DNA of 20,000 bases from an uncultured virus (IMG/VR IMGVR_UViG_3300032323_003710) (Duplodnaviria; Heunggongvirae; Uroviricota; Caudoviricetes). Location of the stretch: IMG/VR virus record IMGVR_UViG_3300032323_003710; one strand, 5' to 3'. Below the pieces are notes generated by a model that worked only from the letters and a program-made list of their open reading frames with translations, was not told where the DNA came from and ran no database searches. This document shows positions 1 through 7,888 of this stretch, one piece after another; within the stretch, counting starts at the first letter, position 1; every line of letters begins with the position of its first letter. Made by a program: the position numbers and the translations under genes.

Positions 1-122
1 TTAGGATTCATAGGTAAGTCTGTATCAGGTGTTAAAGACATATCTACTTCTTCTACTTTAGAAGAACCTGACTTAATATCTGAAAACTTTTTAAAACCTA
101 CAATTTTTTTATTGTCTGCCAT
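1..122 (-). CDS. 5' part of a hypothetical protein running off the window edge (MADNKKIVGFKKFSDIKSGSSKVEEVDMSLTPDTDLPMNP...)
   Basis: Manual translation of the minus strand from the ATG at 122 is open to the window edge. A TTTAATATATA motif lies at 150-160. Not in the ORF track because it is truncated. Confidence 0.7.
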   Translation of the reverse strand, partial: MADNKKIVGFKKFSDIKSGSSKVEEVDMSLTPDTDLPMNP

Positions 123-149
123 TTTATTTACTTTTTATTTTAGTAATAG

Positions 150-160
150 TATATATTAAA
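150..160 (-). promoter_or_regulatory. TTTAATATATA motif, putative phage (late-type) promoter
   Basis: Exact copy of the recurrent intergenic motif, 27 nt upstream of the ATG at 122. Confidence 0.6.
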
Positions 161-221
161 TAATATATCTCAATTTATGTATTTTATCATAAAATATCAA
201 AAAGTTACTATTATTTTAGGT

Positions 222-662
222 TTACTTTTTTATTGTAATTATCAATTTTTTAATTTTACTATTATCTAAGGAACTTAAATCAAGATTATATCTATCATTA
301 TATTCTGTTGAAGGCCACTTTATTTTACGATTTCCATCTAAGTAAAGAATACCTCTTATACCATATTTCTCACTTAAAAATAATATAAATGGAATTAAAT
401 CATCTGAAAACTCATTAAAATCAAATACTTCACTCATAATTTGTAAACTATTTGTGAACTTCTCAACTACAATTGTATCATATCTACTATTTGATGGATA
501 TTTAATAGTAGTTTGAAAATTACTATCAGATTGTATTTGTGCTTCTCTTGATACTCTAACAACAAAATTGAAATTTTTATCAATTAAGTAAGCTAAATTA
601 TCATTACAGAATTGTTTTAATTCATCTGTTCTTGATGCTTCAAATAGTTTTAAATATTTCAT
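222..662 (-). CDS. Hypothetical protein with MKYLKLFE leader (putative head-packaged protein)
   Basis: ORF track gives 222..686. The start is moved to the ATG at 662, which begins the shared leader and avoids overlap with the upstream gene whose stop is at 664. Confidence 0.75.
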   Translation of the reverse strand: MKYLKLFEASRTDELKQFCNDNLAYLIDKNFNFVVRVSREAQIQSDSNFQTTIKYPSNSRYDTIVVEKFTNSLQIMSEVFDFNEFSDDLIPFILFLSEKYGIRGILYLDGNRKIKWPSTEYNDRYNLDLSSLDNSKIKKLIITIKK

Positions 663-663
663 A

Positions 664-909
664 TTATTTGTACCAGTCTTTATCAACTATATAATTTTTG
701 AAATTCTTAACAACATTCATCTGGTCAAATAACAATCCAACCAATGGTTGTAATCTCTTTAGAAAACCATTCATTGTGTCATTTTGATATAAGTAAGGTG
801 TTAGAGTTTTATCTAATAACATATTCTCATAGTCAATATAATCATTATCATTATCATGTCTATGTTTCATATAATATAATTCTGGGAGTTGTTTCTTTCT
901 ATATAACAT
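664..909 (-). CDS. Small hypothetical protein, possibly baseplate-associated
   Basis: 81-aa ORF. Its ATG overlaps the stop of the baseplate wedge gene (TAATG coupling). The functional guess rests on position only. Confidence 0.65.
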   Translation of the reverse strand: MLYRKKQLPELYYMKHRHDNDNDYIDYENMLLDKTLTPYLYQNDTMNGFLKRLQPLVGLLFDQMNVVKNFKNYIVDKDWYK

Positions 910-2633
910 TAGATTTGTGGTCTATTTTTTGAATCAACTGTACCTTTCTTGATTATATTTACTGATTTTAATCCTGTTGAATCAACACCATCAGAATAGT
1001 AATTACCATTTCTATCATACCAACCACCTCTTATTACAGGGATTTCATTTGGTTCAAATATAATGTCACCTAAGACAGGATCTAAACCAACAACACTTGT
1101 TGGGTTGTAACCTGGAACTAAAGCTGCGGTAGATATGTCGGTGTTGTAGCTAGAGGCATACTTACTAACTTTGTTAGCAGCAATTACCATATTTTCATTG
1201 TGGTAGTCTTCATTCTTTTTAGATACAAATTGAATATCAACAGAGTGAATATCAGTAATTGTTGATAACTCTCTAATAATATCTAACTTAGGTACTCTAT
1301 CAATTCTTGATAAGTCTAAGAAGTACTCTGAAATCCTATCTAATATCTGTGCATTAACTGATTCATCTGTTGCATCTGAATAACTAATAACAAATATGTT
1401 CATTGTGTAATATGAAAGTGTAGGTGAAACTATTTTATATTTTCTTGTTAATTGTATGTTACCACCTGTTCTTAAATACTTATCAATCTTTGACTTCTCA
1501 TAATTATCTAAAATAAAGGCAGCAATATTTATTGAGAAGTAATCTGCATTTTGACTTTTGAATAATCTAATGTTAGGTGTGGCAACTATGAATATAGTTC
1601 CTGATCTTTCATAAGCATTAACATGTGAGAATACACCAAGTTTTTTAATTTCATAAGCATATTGTTGAGGTAATCCTAATACAAAATTATTACTTGCAAT
1701 TGGTAATATATTTCTTGTAAATGCCAAACTTTCTTTATCTGCACCAAAGTTTATATCTGTAAAAATATCAATATCAAAAACTTTATCAACATTTACAACC
1801 TCACCATCTGAACTAATAATATCATCTACAAATTTCCAATCATTTATTGTTCTTCTAAAGATATTACCTAATTGACCATCTGTACATAAATATTTAACTT
1901 CTATTATAGAACCAATTGTAGGAATTAAACCAAATCCCTCATTACCAAAGATAATATCAATACCACCATCATAACCAGTTCTTACAACACAAGCTTTCTC
2001 ACCAGGTAGCATTTCAAATATATGTTTCTTCAATGAGTAAAAATCACCATTTACTGTAACTTCACAATTAAAGTTCTCAACATCCTTTCTACCTAATTCA
2101 ATAACTGAAAGTGTTTGTAATGGTGTACCATCTCCAGTATAAGTTTTAGTTTTCCAGCTACCTTGAATAATAGGAACATAAAATGTATAGTTTGGTGTTA
2201 TTCTATGTGTAATAGTATCAGTACCAATATTGAATGAATAAGAAAGACCATTAGTTTTGTTTTTCATTTCAATTTTATTTCTCAATGTAACTCTTGATCC
2301 AGGAATATCTTTTTCAATATCTGCTGATGACTTTAATGTAAATTTAATTGTACCTGTTGCTGATATTGCTCTACCTGGATTGTGACCAGCTGAGATTGCT
2401 GCATTTCTAATAACTCTCTCATTGTTAGAATTTGCAATACTCAAGTCAAATGTATTAATAGCATTCTTTAGATAAAGTAAAGATAACTGATGTAAGTTCT
2501 CTACTACCAAAAGTATTTGCCCATAAGGAGCTGCTGCAGAGAATAAAACATTAGCTTTATTGTACTCATTTTTTAAAAAGTTTTCAATTTCAAACTTAAC
2601 ATTTGAGAAAGTAATTTCTGAAAATAATGCCAT
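909..2633 (-). CDS. Baseplate wedge subunit, T4 gp6-like (baseplate J superfamily)
   Basis: 574 aa. N-terminal 'EITFSNVKFEIENFLK...YGQILL' and 'IRNAAISAGHNPGRAISATGTIKF'. Central 'IIQGSWK', 'VTVNG', 'IDIIFGNEGFGLIP..GSIIEVKYLCTDGQLGN' and 'GADKESLAFTR' match the gp6 pattern (FGDG..G..P..G..I.V.Y....G..GN; GG.D.ES...IR). Confidence 0.85.
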   Translation of the reverse strand: MALFSEITFSNVKFEIENFLKNEYNKANVLFSAAAPYGQILLVVENLHQLSLLYLKNAINTFDLSIANSNNERVIRNAAISAGHNPGRAISATGTIKFTLKSSADIEKDIPGSRVTLRNKIEMKNKTNGLSYSFNIGTDTITHRITPNYTFYVPIIQGSWKTKTYTGDGTPLQTLSVIELGRKDVENFNCEVTVNGDFYSLKKHIFEMLPGEKACVVRTGYDGGIDIIFGNEGFGLIPTIGSIIEVKYLCTDGQLGNIFRRTINDWKFVDDIISSDGEVVNVDKVFDIDIFTDINFGADKESLAFTRNILPIASNNFVLGLPQQYAYEIKKLGVFSHVNAYERSGTIFIVATPNIRLFKSQNADYFSINIAAFILDNYEKSKIDKYLRTGGNIQLTRKYKIVSPTLSYYTMNIFVISYSDATDESVNAQILDRISEYFLDLSRIDRVPKLDIIRELSTITDIHSVDIQFVSKKNEDYHNENMVIAANKVSKYASSYNTDISTAALVPGYNPTSVVGLDPVLGDIIFEPNEIPVIRGGWYDRNGNYYSDGVDSTGLKSVNIIKKGTVDSKNRPQI

Positions 2634-2642
2634 TATTTATTA

Positions 2643-3113
2643 TTATTTTTTTAACTTAATTAATAGTTTATTAATTAAATCTAATGCAGAATCCTTATCT
2701 AAATGATTAGAATTTTCTAATTCCTTTTTTAAGTCTTCCAATTTTTTCTCATTATCATCAAAACCTCCATCAAATAAAATCTCCAAAGAATTAGTTAAAT
2801 TCTCAACAATGTAATCTGAACTGAATCTGTTTTTCTCAAAGATGTCTTGAACATCTGAACTAAATGTATAGATAGATGAAACTCTTTCAACTAAACTATT
2901 CTCATCTAATGGATTTGCATAATAGTTCCAAGAGAAATTAGCATTTTCAATTTCAGTCATCTTAATTATTGCTTTAACTTCTTTATTATTTTCTAATACT
3001 GATAACTCAAAATAGTTACCTAATTCTTTGTTAGACTTCTCAGAAATCTGAACATTTTCAAAGTAATTAGTAAGATCACCATGAACTCTATTTATATTTT
3101 GTTTCAATTCCAT
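2643..3113 (-). CDS. Hypothetical acidic protein
   Basis: 156-aa ORF, first gene of the leftward unit, with the promoter motif at 3135-3145. Confidence 0.75.
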   Translation of the reverse strand: MELKQNINRVHGDLTNYFENVQISEKSNKELGNYFELSVLENNKEVKAIIKMTEIENANFSWNYYANPLDENSLVERVSSIYTFSSDVQDIFEKNRFSSDYIVENLTNSLEILFDGGFDDNEKKLEDLKKELENSNHLDKDSALDLINKLLIKLKK

Positions 3114-3134
3114 TTTAATTTTTTAATTTTCTTT

Positions 3135-3145
3135 TATATATTAAA
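3135..3145 (-). promoter_or_regulatory. TTTAATATATA motif upstream of the baseplate operon
   Basis: Exact copy 21 nt upstream of the ATG at 3113. Confidence 0.65.
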
Positions 3146-3223
3146 AAAATTATCTTGCTAATACAAAATAAATACAAAACTACGTCGTTATAGTAGAGAA
3201 TGTCAGACTTTTTATTATTTAGT

Positions 3224-3234
3224 TTTAATATATA
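3224..3234 (+). promoter_or_regulatory. TTTAATATATA motif upstream of the signalling cassette
   Basis: Exact copy 21 nt upstream of the ATG at 3256, divergent from the copy at 3135-3145. Confidence 0.65.
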
Positions 3235-3255
3235 TAATAAAAAAAATTGTATTGG

Positions 3256-3984
3256 ATGAATGATACATTATTAGATGAGTTAATAAATCTTATTGATAAA
3301 CATGGCATTAAAGGATTTGTAGGTGTTTTACTTGTATATTCACTAATTTCTATATTTAAAAGTCAATGGTTTGGTAACCTTTTCTCAAAATTATCAGATA
3401 AATTTGTTGAAAGATTTATGAAAAGTGAGACAAAAGATGTTAGTATCAGAAAAATTAATGATTCTGATATAACTAATCATGATATATTTAACTATATTGA
3501 CTTTTGGACTTATTCTAAAGTTCCAACTTTTCAATTCTCAACAGAGTTTAGAACTGCAGTATTTAGAAAGTATTTAACTATCTATCTTAAAAACTACAAA
3601 AGAAACATTGAGAAATTTGTAGTAGATAAAAGTTATGAGACAATGGATGAACCACAAATACTTAAAACATTTCTTAACCTTATAAACCAAACTGTTTATG
3701 ACTATGAGAGAGAAATGAGTGATGTAGGTATCACTCCTATTATTATAGAGAAGATGAAAGTTAAGAACAATGATAACATATCTTTAACAATAGATTTAGT
3801 TGAAGGTGTTTGTTCATCACAGTTTTATAACTCTGAGAATAATTTATTAAAAATATATTCAATACTTAATATATTACTTACAGTATTAGAAAGTACTGTA
3901 AATAATGCTGAAAGTGTTTGTAATACTATCAATGGTCAATTAAAAGGATTGACTTTTGAAGGAAAAATAGAACCTGGTAAATAA
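3256..3984 (+). CDS. Membrane-anchored hypothetical protein (one N-terminal TM helix plus a soluble helical domain of about 200 aa)
   Basis: ORF track starts at TTG 3247; ATG 3256 is preferred. Hydrophobic segment GFVGVLLVYSLISIF. The stop overlaps the kinase ATG (TAATG). Confidence 0.75.
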   Translation: MNDTLLDELINLIDKHGIKGFVGVLLVYSLISIFKSQWFGNLFSKLSDKFVERFMKSETKDVSIRKINDSDITNHDIFNYIDFWTYSKVPTFQFSTEFRTAVFRKYLTIYLKNYKRNIEKFVVDKSYETMDEPQILKTFLNLINQTVYDYEREMSDVGITPIIIEKMKVKNNDNISLTIDLVEGVCSSQFYNSENNLLKIYSILNILLTVLESTVNNAESVCNTINGQLKGLTFEGKIEPGK

Positions 3985-5462
3985 TGGATATTATTAAAGA
4001 ATTAGAAAAGTATGTAAACGAATTAAAAAGAAAAGAGGATGAAATATCCAATAGAATGTATGCTATTAATCAGTCAAATGCAGTCATAGAGTTTGAACTA
4101 AATGGTACTATAAAATATGCAAATAAATTATTTTTAGAAACTATGGGTTATTCATCAGAAGATGAAGTTGTAGGAAAACATCATAGTATTTTTATGGAAG
4201 ATGATGTAAAAGATACTCAAGCATATTTTGATTTTTGGGAAAGATTAAATCAAGGTAAATTCTTTAGTGGAGAAATCAAAAGAAAGAAGAAAGATGGAAC
4301 TCTAATTTATTTACAAGCAACATATAATCCAATTATTGGTACTGATGGTAAAGCTTATAGTGTAATAAAAATTGCTACTGATATTACTAAAATTTTTAAT
4401 CAACAAATAGAGATTGAAAATAAAGAAAATGAAATTCGTAATAGAATGAATGCTATTAACCAGTCAAATGCTGTTATAGAGTTTGAACTTAATGGTACTA
4501 TAAAATATGCAAATGATTTATTTGTATCTACTATGGGTTATTCTTCACAGGATGAAATTGTAGGAAAACATCATAGTATTTTTATGGAAGATGATGTAAA
4601 AGATACTCAGGCATATTTTGATTTTTGGGAAAGATTAAATGAAGGTACATTCTTTAGTGGAGAGATTACAAGAAAGAAAAAAGATGGAACTTTAATCTAT
4701 TTACAAGCAACATATAATCCAATTATTTCGACTGATGGTAGAATATATAGTGTAATGAAAATTGCAACTGATATTACTAAAAGTTTTAATCAACAAATAG
4801 AGATTGAAAAGAAAAATACTTATCTAGAACATGCTGCCAAAATACTTAGACATGATATGCATAGTGGAATTAATACCTATATGCCACGTGGTTTAAGTTC
4901 ACTTGATCGTAGGATTACTGATGAACAACTGAAAGAGTTAAAAATTGATGCACCTCTTAAAATGATAAGAGAAGGTTTAAGACATACTCAAAAAGTTTAC
5001 AAAGGAGTTTATGAATTTACAAATCTTGTAAAGAAAGATGTTGTTTTAAATCGTTCAGATCTTAACCTAAAAGATATTCTTGAGGATTATCTTTCAGCAA
5101 CTGCATACAAACCTCAAGTTATTATAGAAGACTTAGGTATTGTATCAGTAAATGAAGCTCTTTTCTGTACTGCAATAGACAATTTAATTCGTAATGGACT
5201 TAAATACAATGATAGTGCATCAAAGTTTGTCAAAATTTATAAAAAAGATTATAATATATACATAGAAGATAATGGTAGAGGTATGTCCGCAGAGGAATTT
5301 AAACTTCTATCTCAACCTTACACTAGAAAAGAAGATCAAAAAGAATCTGGTACTGGATTAGGCCTTAACATATGTGTTGCTATACTTGAAGAACATAAAT
5401 TTAATATATCTTGTAGAAAGTTATCTCAAGGTACACAAATAAAAATAAAAATAAATAACTAA
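3984..5462 (+). CDS. Soluble sensor histidine kinase, PAS-PAS-HisKA-HATPase_c
   Basis: Two PAS/PAC repeats (AVIEFELNGTIKYAN..F..TMGYS..E.VGKHHSIF...FWERL..G.FFSGE..R.KKDG...YLQATYNPI...ATDIT). H-box ILRHDMHS (His290), N-box IDNLIRNGLKY, G1 IEDNGRGM, G2 GTGLGLNIC. No TM segment. Confidence 0.93.
   Translation: MDIIKELEKYVNELKRKEDEISNRMYAINQSNAVIEFELNGTIKYANKLFLETMGYSSEDEVVGKHHSIFMEDDVKDTQAYFDFWERLNQGKFFSGEIKRKKKDGTLIYLQATYNPIIGTDGKAYSVIKIATDITKIFNQQIEIENKENEIRNRMNAINQSNAVIEFELNGTIKYANDLFVSTMGYSSQDEIVGKHHSIFMEDDVKDTQAYFDFWERLNEGTFFSGEITRKKKDGTLIYLQATYNPIISTDGRIYSVMKIATDITKSFNQQIEIEKKNTYLEHAAKILRHDMHSGINTYMPRGLSSLDRRITDEQLKELKIDAPLKMIREGLRHTQKVYKGVYEFTNLVKKDVVLNRSDLNLKDILEDYLSATAYKPQVIIEDLGIVSVNEALFCTAIDNLIRNGLKYNDSASKFVKIYKKDYNIYIEDNGRGMSAEEFKLLSQPYTRKEDQKESGTGLGLNICVAILEEHKFNISCRKLSQGTQIKIKINN
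4031..4810 (+). repeat. Tandem direct duplication of a 390-nt (130-codon) PAS unit
   Basis: Identical anchors 390 nt apart: ATAGAATG at 4051/4441, TAGGAAAACATCATAGTATTTTTATGGAAGATGATGTAAAAGATACTCA at 4171/4561, and CAACAAATAGAGATTGAAAA at 4401/4791. Confidence 0.95.
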
Positions 5463-5464
5463 AA

Positions 5465-5896
5465 ATGATTGATTCTATTTTATTAGTGGACGATGAAAGC
5501 CTTTTCCACTTAGTATTTGAAGACGCTTGTAGTCTTTTAGATATATCTCTTTCTTTAGAATGTTTAGATAGCTCAGATGAAGCAGCTAGAACATTTGAAG
5601 ATTTATATCAAACAGGGAAAGCTAGACCAGAGTGTGTCTTTGTAGACCTAAATATAATTGGTTCCTCTTTTGATGGAATTGAACTAATTCGTAAAATAAC
5701 TGAGGACATGGGTAATGGAATGGTTATTGGAATCATCTCATCATCAGATGAACCAGAAGAACAAGCAAAAGCTAAAAAAGCTGGTGCACAATTTTGGATA
5801 ATAAAGTCTGATGAGATTGAACCACGTCTTGAAGATTTTGTAAAAGATTTTGATGGTTATAAAAATCATACAGCACCATTTAAAGTATATAAATAG
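5465..5896 (+). CDS. Single-domain response regulator (CheY-like receiver, no output domain)
   Basis: ILLVDD acidic pocket, VFVDLNI phospho-acceptor (Asp61), 'DGIELIRKI', IISSS switch residue, 'AKKAGAQFWIIKS' conserved Lys. 143 aa. Confidence 0.92.
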   Translation: MIDSILLVDDESLFHLVFEDACSLLDISLSLECLDSSDEAARTFEDLYQTGKARPECVFVDLNIIGSSFDGIELIRKITEDMGNGMVIGIISSSDEPEEQAKAKKAGAQFWIIKSDEIEPRLEDFVKDFDGYKNHTAPFKVYK

Positions 5897-5902
5897 TAAA
5901 TA

Positions 5903-6475
5903 ATGAAAATAGATAAAATAACTAGAGATACTTTACTACTAATTAAAAAAGAAAAGAAAGTTGTCCTTGAAGGAAATATACTAAAAATCCTTAAAGCAGA
6001 ACCAGGTGATGAGGAATTTGAGAAATATCTTTTAGATGCAACTGAAAAAGATAAAGAAGGTAGAAGACGTAGATTAGATGTAACTAAACAAGTTCAAGCT
6101 AGAAATGCAGAATTGTTAGAATCAGAAGTAGAGAATAAAAAACTATTAGAAGAACTAAATGTTGCTTTGGAAAATGCTGAGAAATTAAAGTCAGAAGCAG
6201 AACAAGCAAAGGATGATGCTTTGATGGATTTAGATATTCTACAAAAGAAGTCTCAGACAGAACTTATTAGTACAATTGTAAAAGTAGCTCTTTATGTAAT
6301 AATTGGTGTTGGACTAACAACAACAATTATGTATGCAATTGCTTTATTTACAGGTGCTGATACACAAATTATTGGTTCAACTTGGAGTAATATGTTTGGA
6401 ATACTTTTAACAAATGCCTTTTCAATTGTAGGTACAATTATGGGTGTTAAATATGCCAGTGAGAAAAAAGAATAA
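5903..6475 (+). CDS. Coiled-coil membrane protein with two C-terminal TM helices
   Basis: Charged N-terminal domain, then a long heptad region (QVQARNAELLESEVENKKLLEELNVALENAEKLKSEAEQAK). Hydrophobic segments VALYVIIGVGLTTTIMYAIALF and MFGILLTNAFSIVGTIMGV. Confidence 0.8.
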   Translation: MKIDKITRDTLLLIKKEKKVVLEGNILKILKAEPGDEEFEKYLLDATEKDKEGRRRRLDVTKQVQARNAELLESEVENKKLLEELNVALENAEKLKSEAEQAKDDALMDLDILQKKSQTELISTIVKVALYVIIGVGLTTTIMYAIALFTGADTQIIGSTWSNMFGILLTNAFSIVGTIMGVKYASEKKE

Positions 6476-6524
6476 AAAACAAATTGATTGTCAAAACAAT
6501 CAAAAAAAAACAAAAAAATATAAT

Positions 6525-6899
6525 ATGAAACATATAAAATTATTTGAAAATTTTAACAATGATATATCAGAAGAAATAGATAACTGGATAGAGGCTAATA
6601 ATGACTATATTAGTGCATCCTCTTTAGAAGATAAATTGAAAGAACTTATTGGAGATGATGATATAGAATCTTCTGAGACTATAGAGAAGAATTCTGGAGG
6701 TAATGAGTATGGAGAAAATTGGAGTACTAAAGTTATTTGTATAAAATACAAAGGACAAGAACTTATGAAGGTTTGTGTTAATTCCTCAGGTGTATATGAT
6801 TTTGGAAAGAATAGTATTATGTTTGAGGGACTTCCTAAAGACAAAGTTGTTGAAGCTGGATTTGGTACAAGATTTTTCTTTGATAAAAGTTTAGTTTAG
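6525..6899 (+). CDS. Hypothetical acidic protein with MKHIKLFENF leader
   Basis: ORF track gives 6444..6899. The start is moved to the ATG at 6525, which begins the shared leader; the upstream extension is a poly-A tract overlapping the previous gene. Confidence 0.75.
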   Translation: MKHIKLFENFNNDISEEIDNWIEANNDYISASSLEDKLKELIGDDDIESSETIEKNSGGNEYGENWSTKVICIKYKGQELMKVCVNSSGVYDFGKNSIMFEGLPKDKVVEAGFGTRFFFDKSLV

Positions 6900-6920
6900 A
6901 AATTAAATACAATATAAATA

Positions 6921-6952
6921 AAAAATACTCAAACTTTCATTTGAGTATTTTT
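6921..6952. terminator. Bidirectional intrinsic terminator-like hairpin
   Basis: Perfect 13-bp stem AAAAATACTCAAA-(CTTTCA)-TTTGAGTATTTTT between convergent genes ending at 6899 and 6977. Confidence 0.8.
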
Positions 6953-6976
6953 ATTTATTGGTAATTGCTCTCTTTT

Positions 6977-7522
6977 TTAATTCATTAAGTCATAAACATC
7001 TGTTGCAGTAAAATCAGGATCTGTAATTCCCAAATCATAATCAATATCTACACTAAAGTCTATATCATCTGCATCAAGTCTTCTTTTAATTGAATCATTT
7101 TTGTCTTCTCTTCTATGTAATCTACTTTCTCTTACATCTCTTGCAATGTTTAGATAAACAACAAAACATCCTTTTCTTAAATCTTCTGGTAAAGTTAATA
7201 ACTCTCCTGGTGTCATTATCAATACTTGTTTAGCCATAAACTCTTCTAATGTAATTCCATAGTACCAAGTCTCTGGTTCAGAATTTTCAGGTGTTACTTC
7301 AAATGATTGATAAGTCAAAAACTTATTATCTTCTATTAATTGCTTAAACTCTTCTTGTTTTATAAAATTGTAAGTAACTCCATGTTGTTCAAACTTTCTA
7401 ATAGGTCTTGTAGTACATTTAAGACAAGGTGTTAAACCTTTTTCAACTAACTTTCTCATTAAGAAATCTTTACCACTCCCAGATTTTCCAAGTATTATCA
7501 CTTTTTCTGTCTTAATTTGCAT
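6977..7522 (-). CDS. gmk: Guanylate kinase
   Basis: P-loop ILGKSGSGKD, GMP-binding signature TTRPIRKFEQHGVTYNFI..EEF, 'WYYGIT', and lid 'RLHRRED..DSIKRRL'. Confidence 0.88.
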   Translation of the reverse strand: MQIKTEKVIILGKSGSGKDFLMRKLVEKGLTPCLKCTTRPIRKFEQHGVTYNFIKQEEFKQLIEDNKFLTYQSFEVTPENSEPETWYYGITLEEFMAKQVLIMTPGELLTLPEDLRKGCFVVYLNIARDVRESRLHRREDKNDSIKRRLDADDIDFSVDIDYDLGITDPDFTATDVYDLMN

Positions 7523-7645
7523 TATTATAGTTAATATTTTTTATTTATACAAATTATTCTATGATTTGTTTATATCTCCAATAGAAACCGCCTGCTCTTC
7601 TATGTTCATTATTGCAACAAAAAACTATGTTACTTGATTCTATAT

Positions 7646-7888
7646 TTAATATATTGGTTTGTAATTAGGATATATCCCTGGGTAGTTATAGTTTCCTTTT
7701 CTTACCTCAGCTGCTTCTGTATCAACTGCTAATTGGTAATCAGGATCTTCTTTTTCTTTATCTTTACAAGGAATACAAATTGTATCTGTATTAAATACAC
7801 TCATTGTAGTTTGATTATTTGTGGATTCACCACATCTTGGACAAACATCTACATTCATTGAGAATGCTTCAAATTTTTTTAATTTCAT
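7646..7888 (-). CDS. Small Zn-finger protein (CPRC...CIPC) with MKLKKFEAF leader
   Basis: Two CxxC pairs. The start is moved from 7915 to the ATG at 7888, which begins the shared leader. Confidence 0.75.
   Translation of the reverse strand: MKLKKFEAFSMNVDVCPRCGESTNNQTTMSVFNTDTICIPCKDKEKEDPDYQLAVDTEAAEVRKGNYNYPGIYPNYKPIY

Noticed and set aside
744..932. 62-aa plus-strand ORF
   Set aside because: Antisense shadow of the coupled minus-strand genes 664-909 and 909-2633, with no promoter motif.
6495..6520. Poly-A tracts (CAAAAAAAAACAAAAAAA) as a slippage or phase-variation site
   Set aside because: Intergenic once the start is placed at 6525, and consistent with an A-rich translation leader.
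6292..6844. Minus-strand ORFs 6292..6513 and 6605..6844
   Set aside because: Antisense to well-supported plus-strand genes, with shadow-like composition.
5888..6920. T4 late promoter consensus TATAAATA at 5888-5895 and 6913-6920
   Set aside because: Expected by chance at this AT content. One copy overlaps a coding end and the other abuts a terminator with no downstream gene on that strand.
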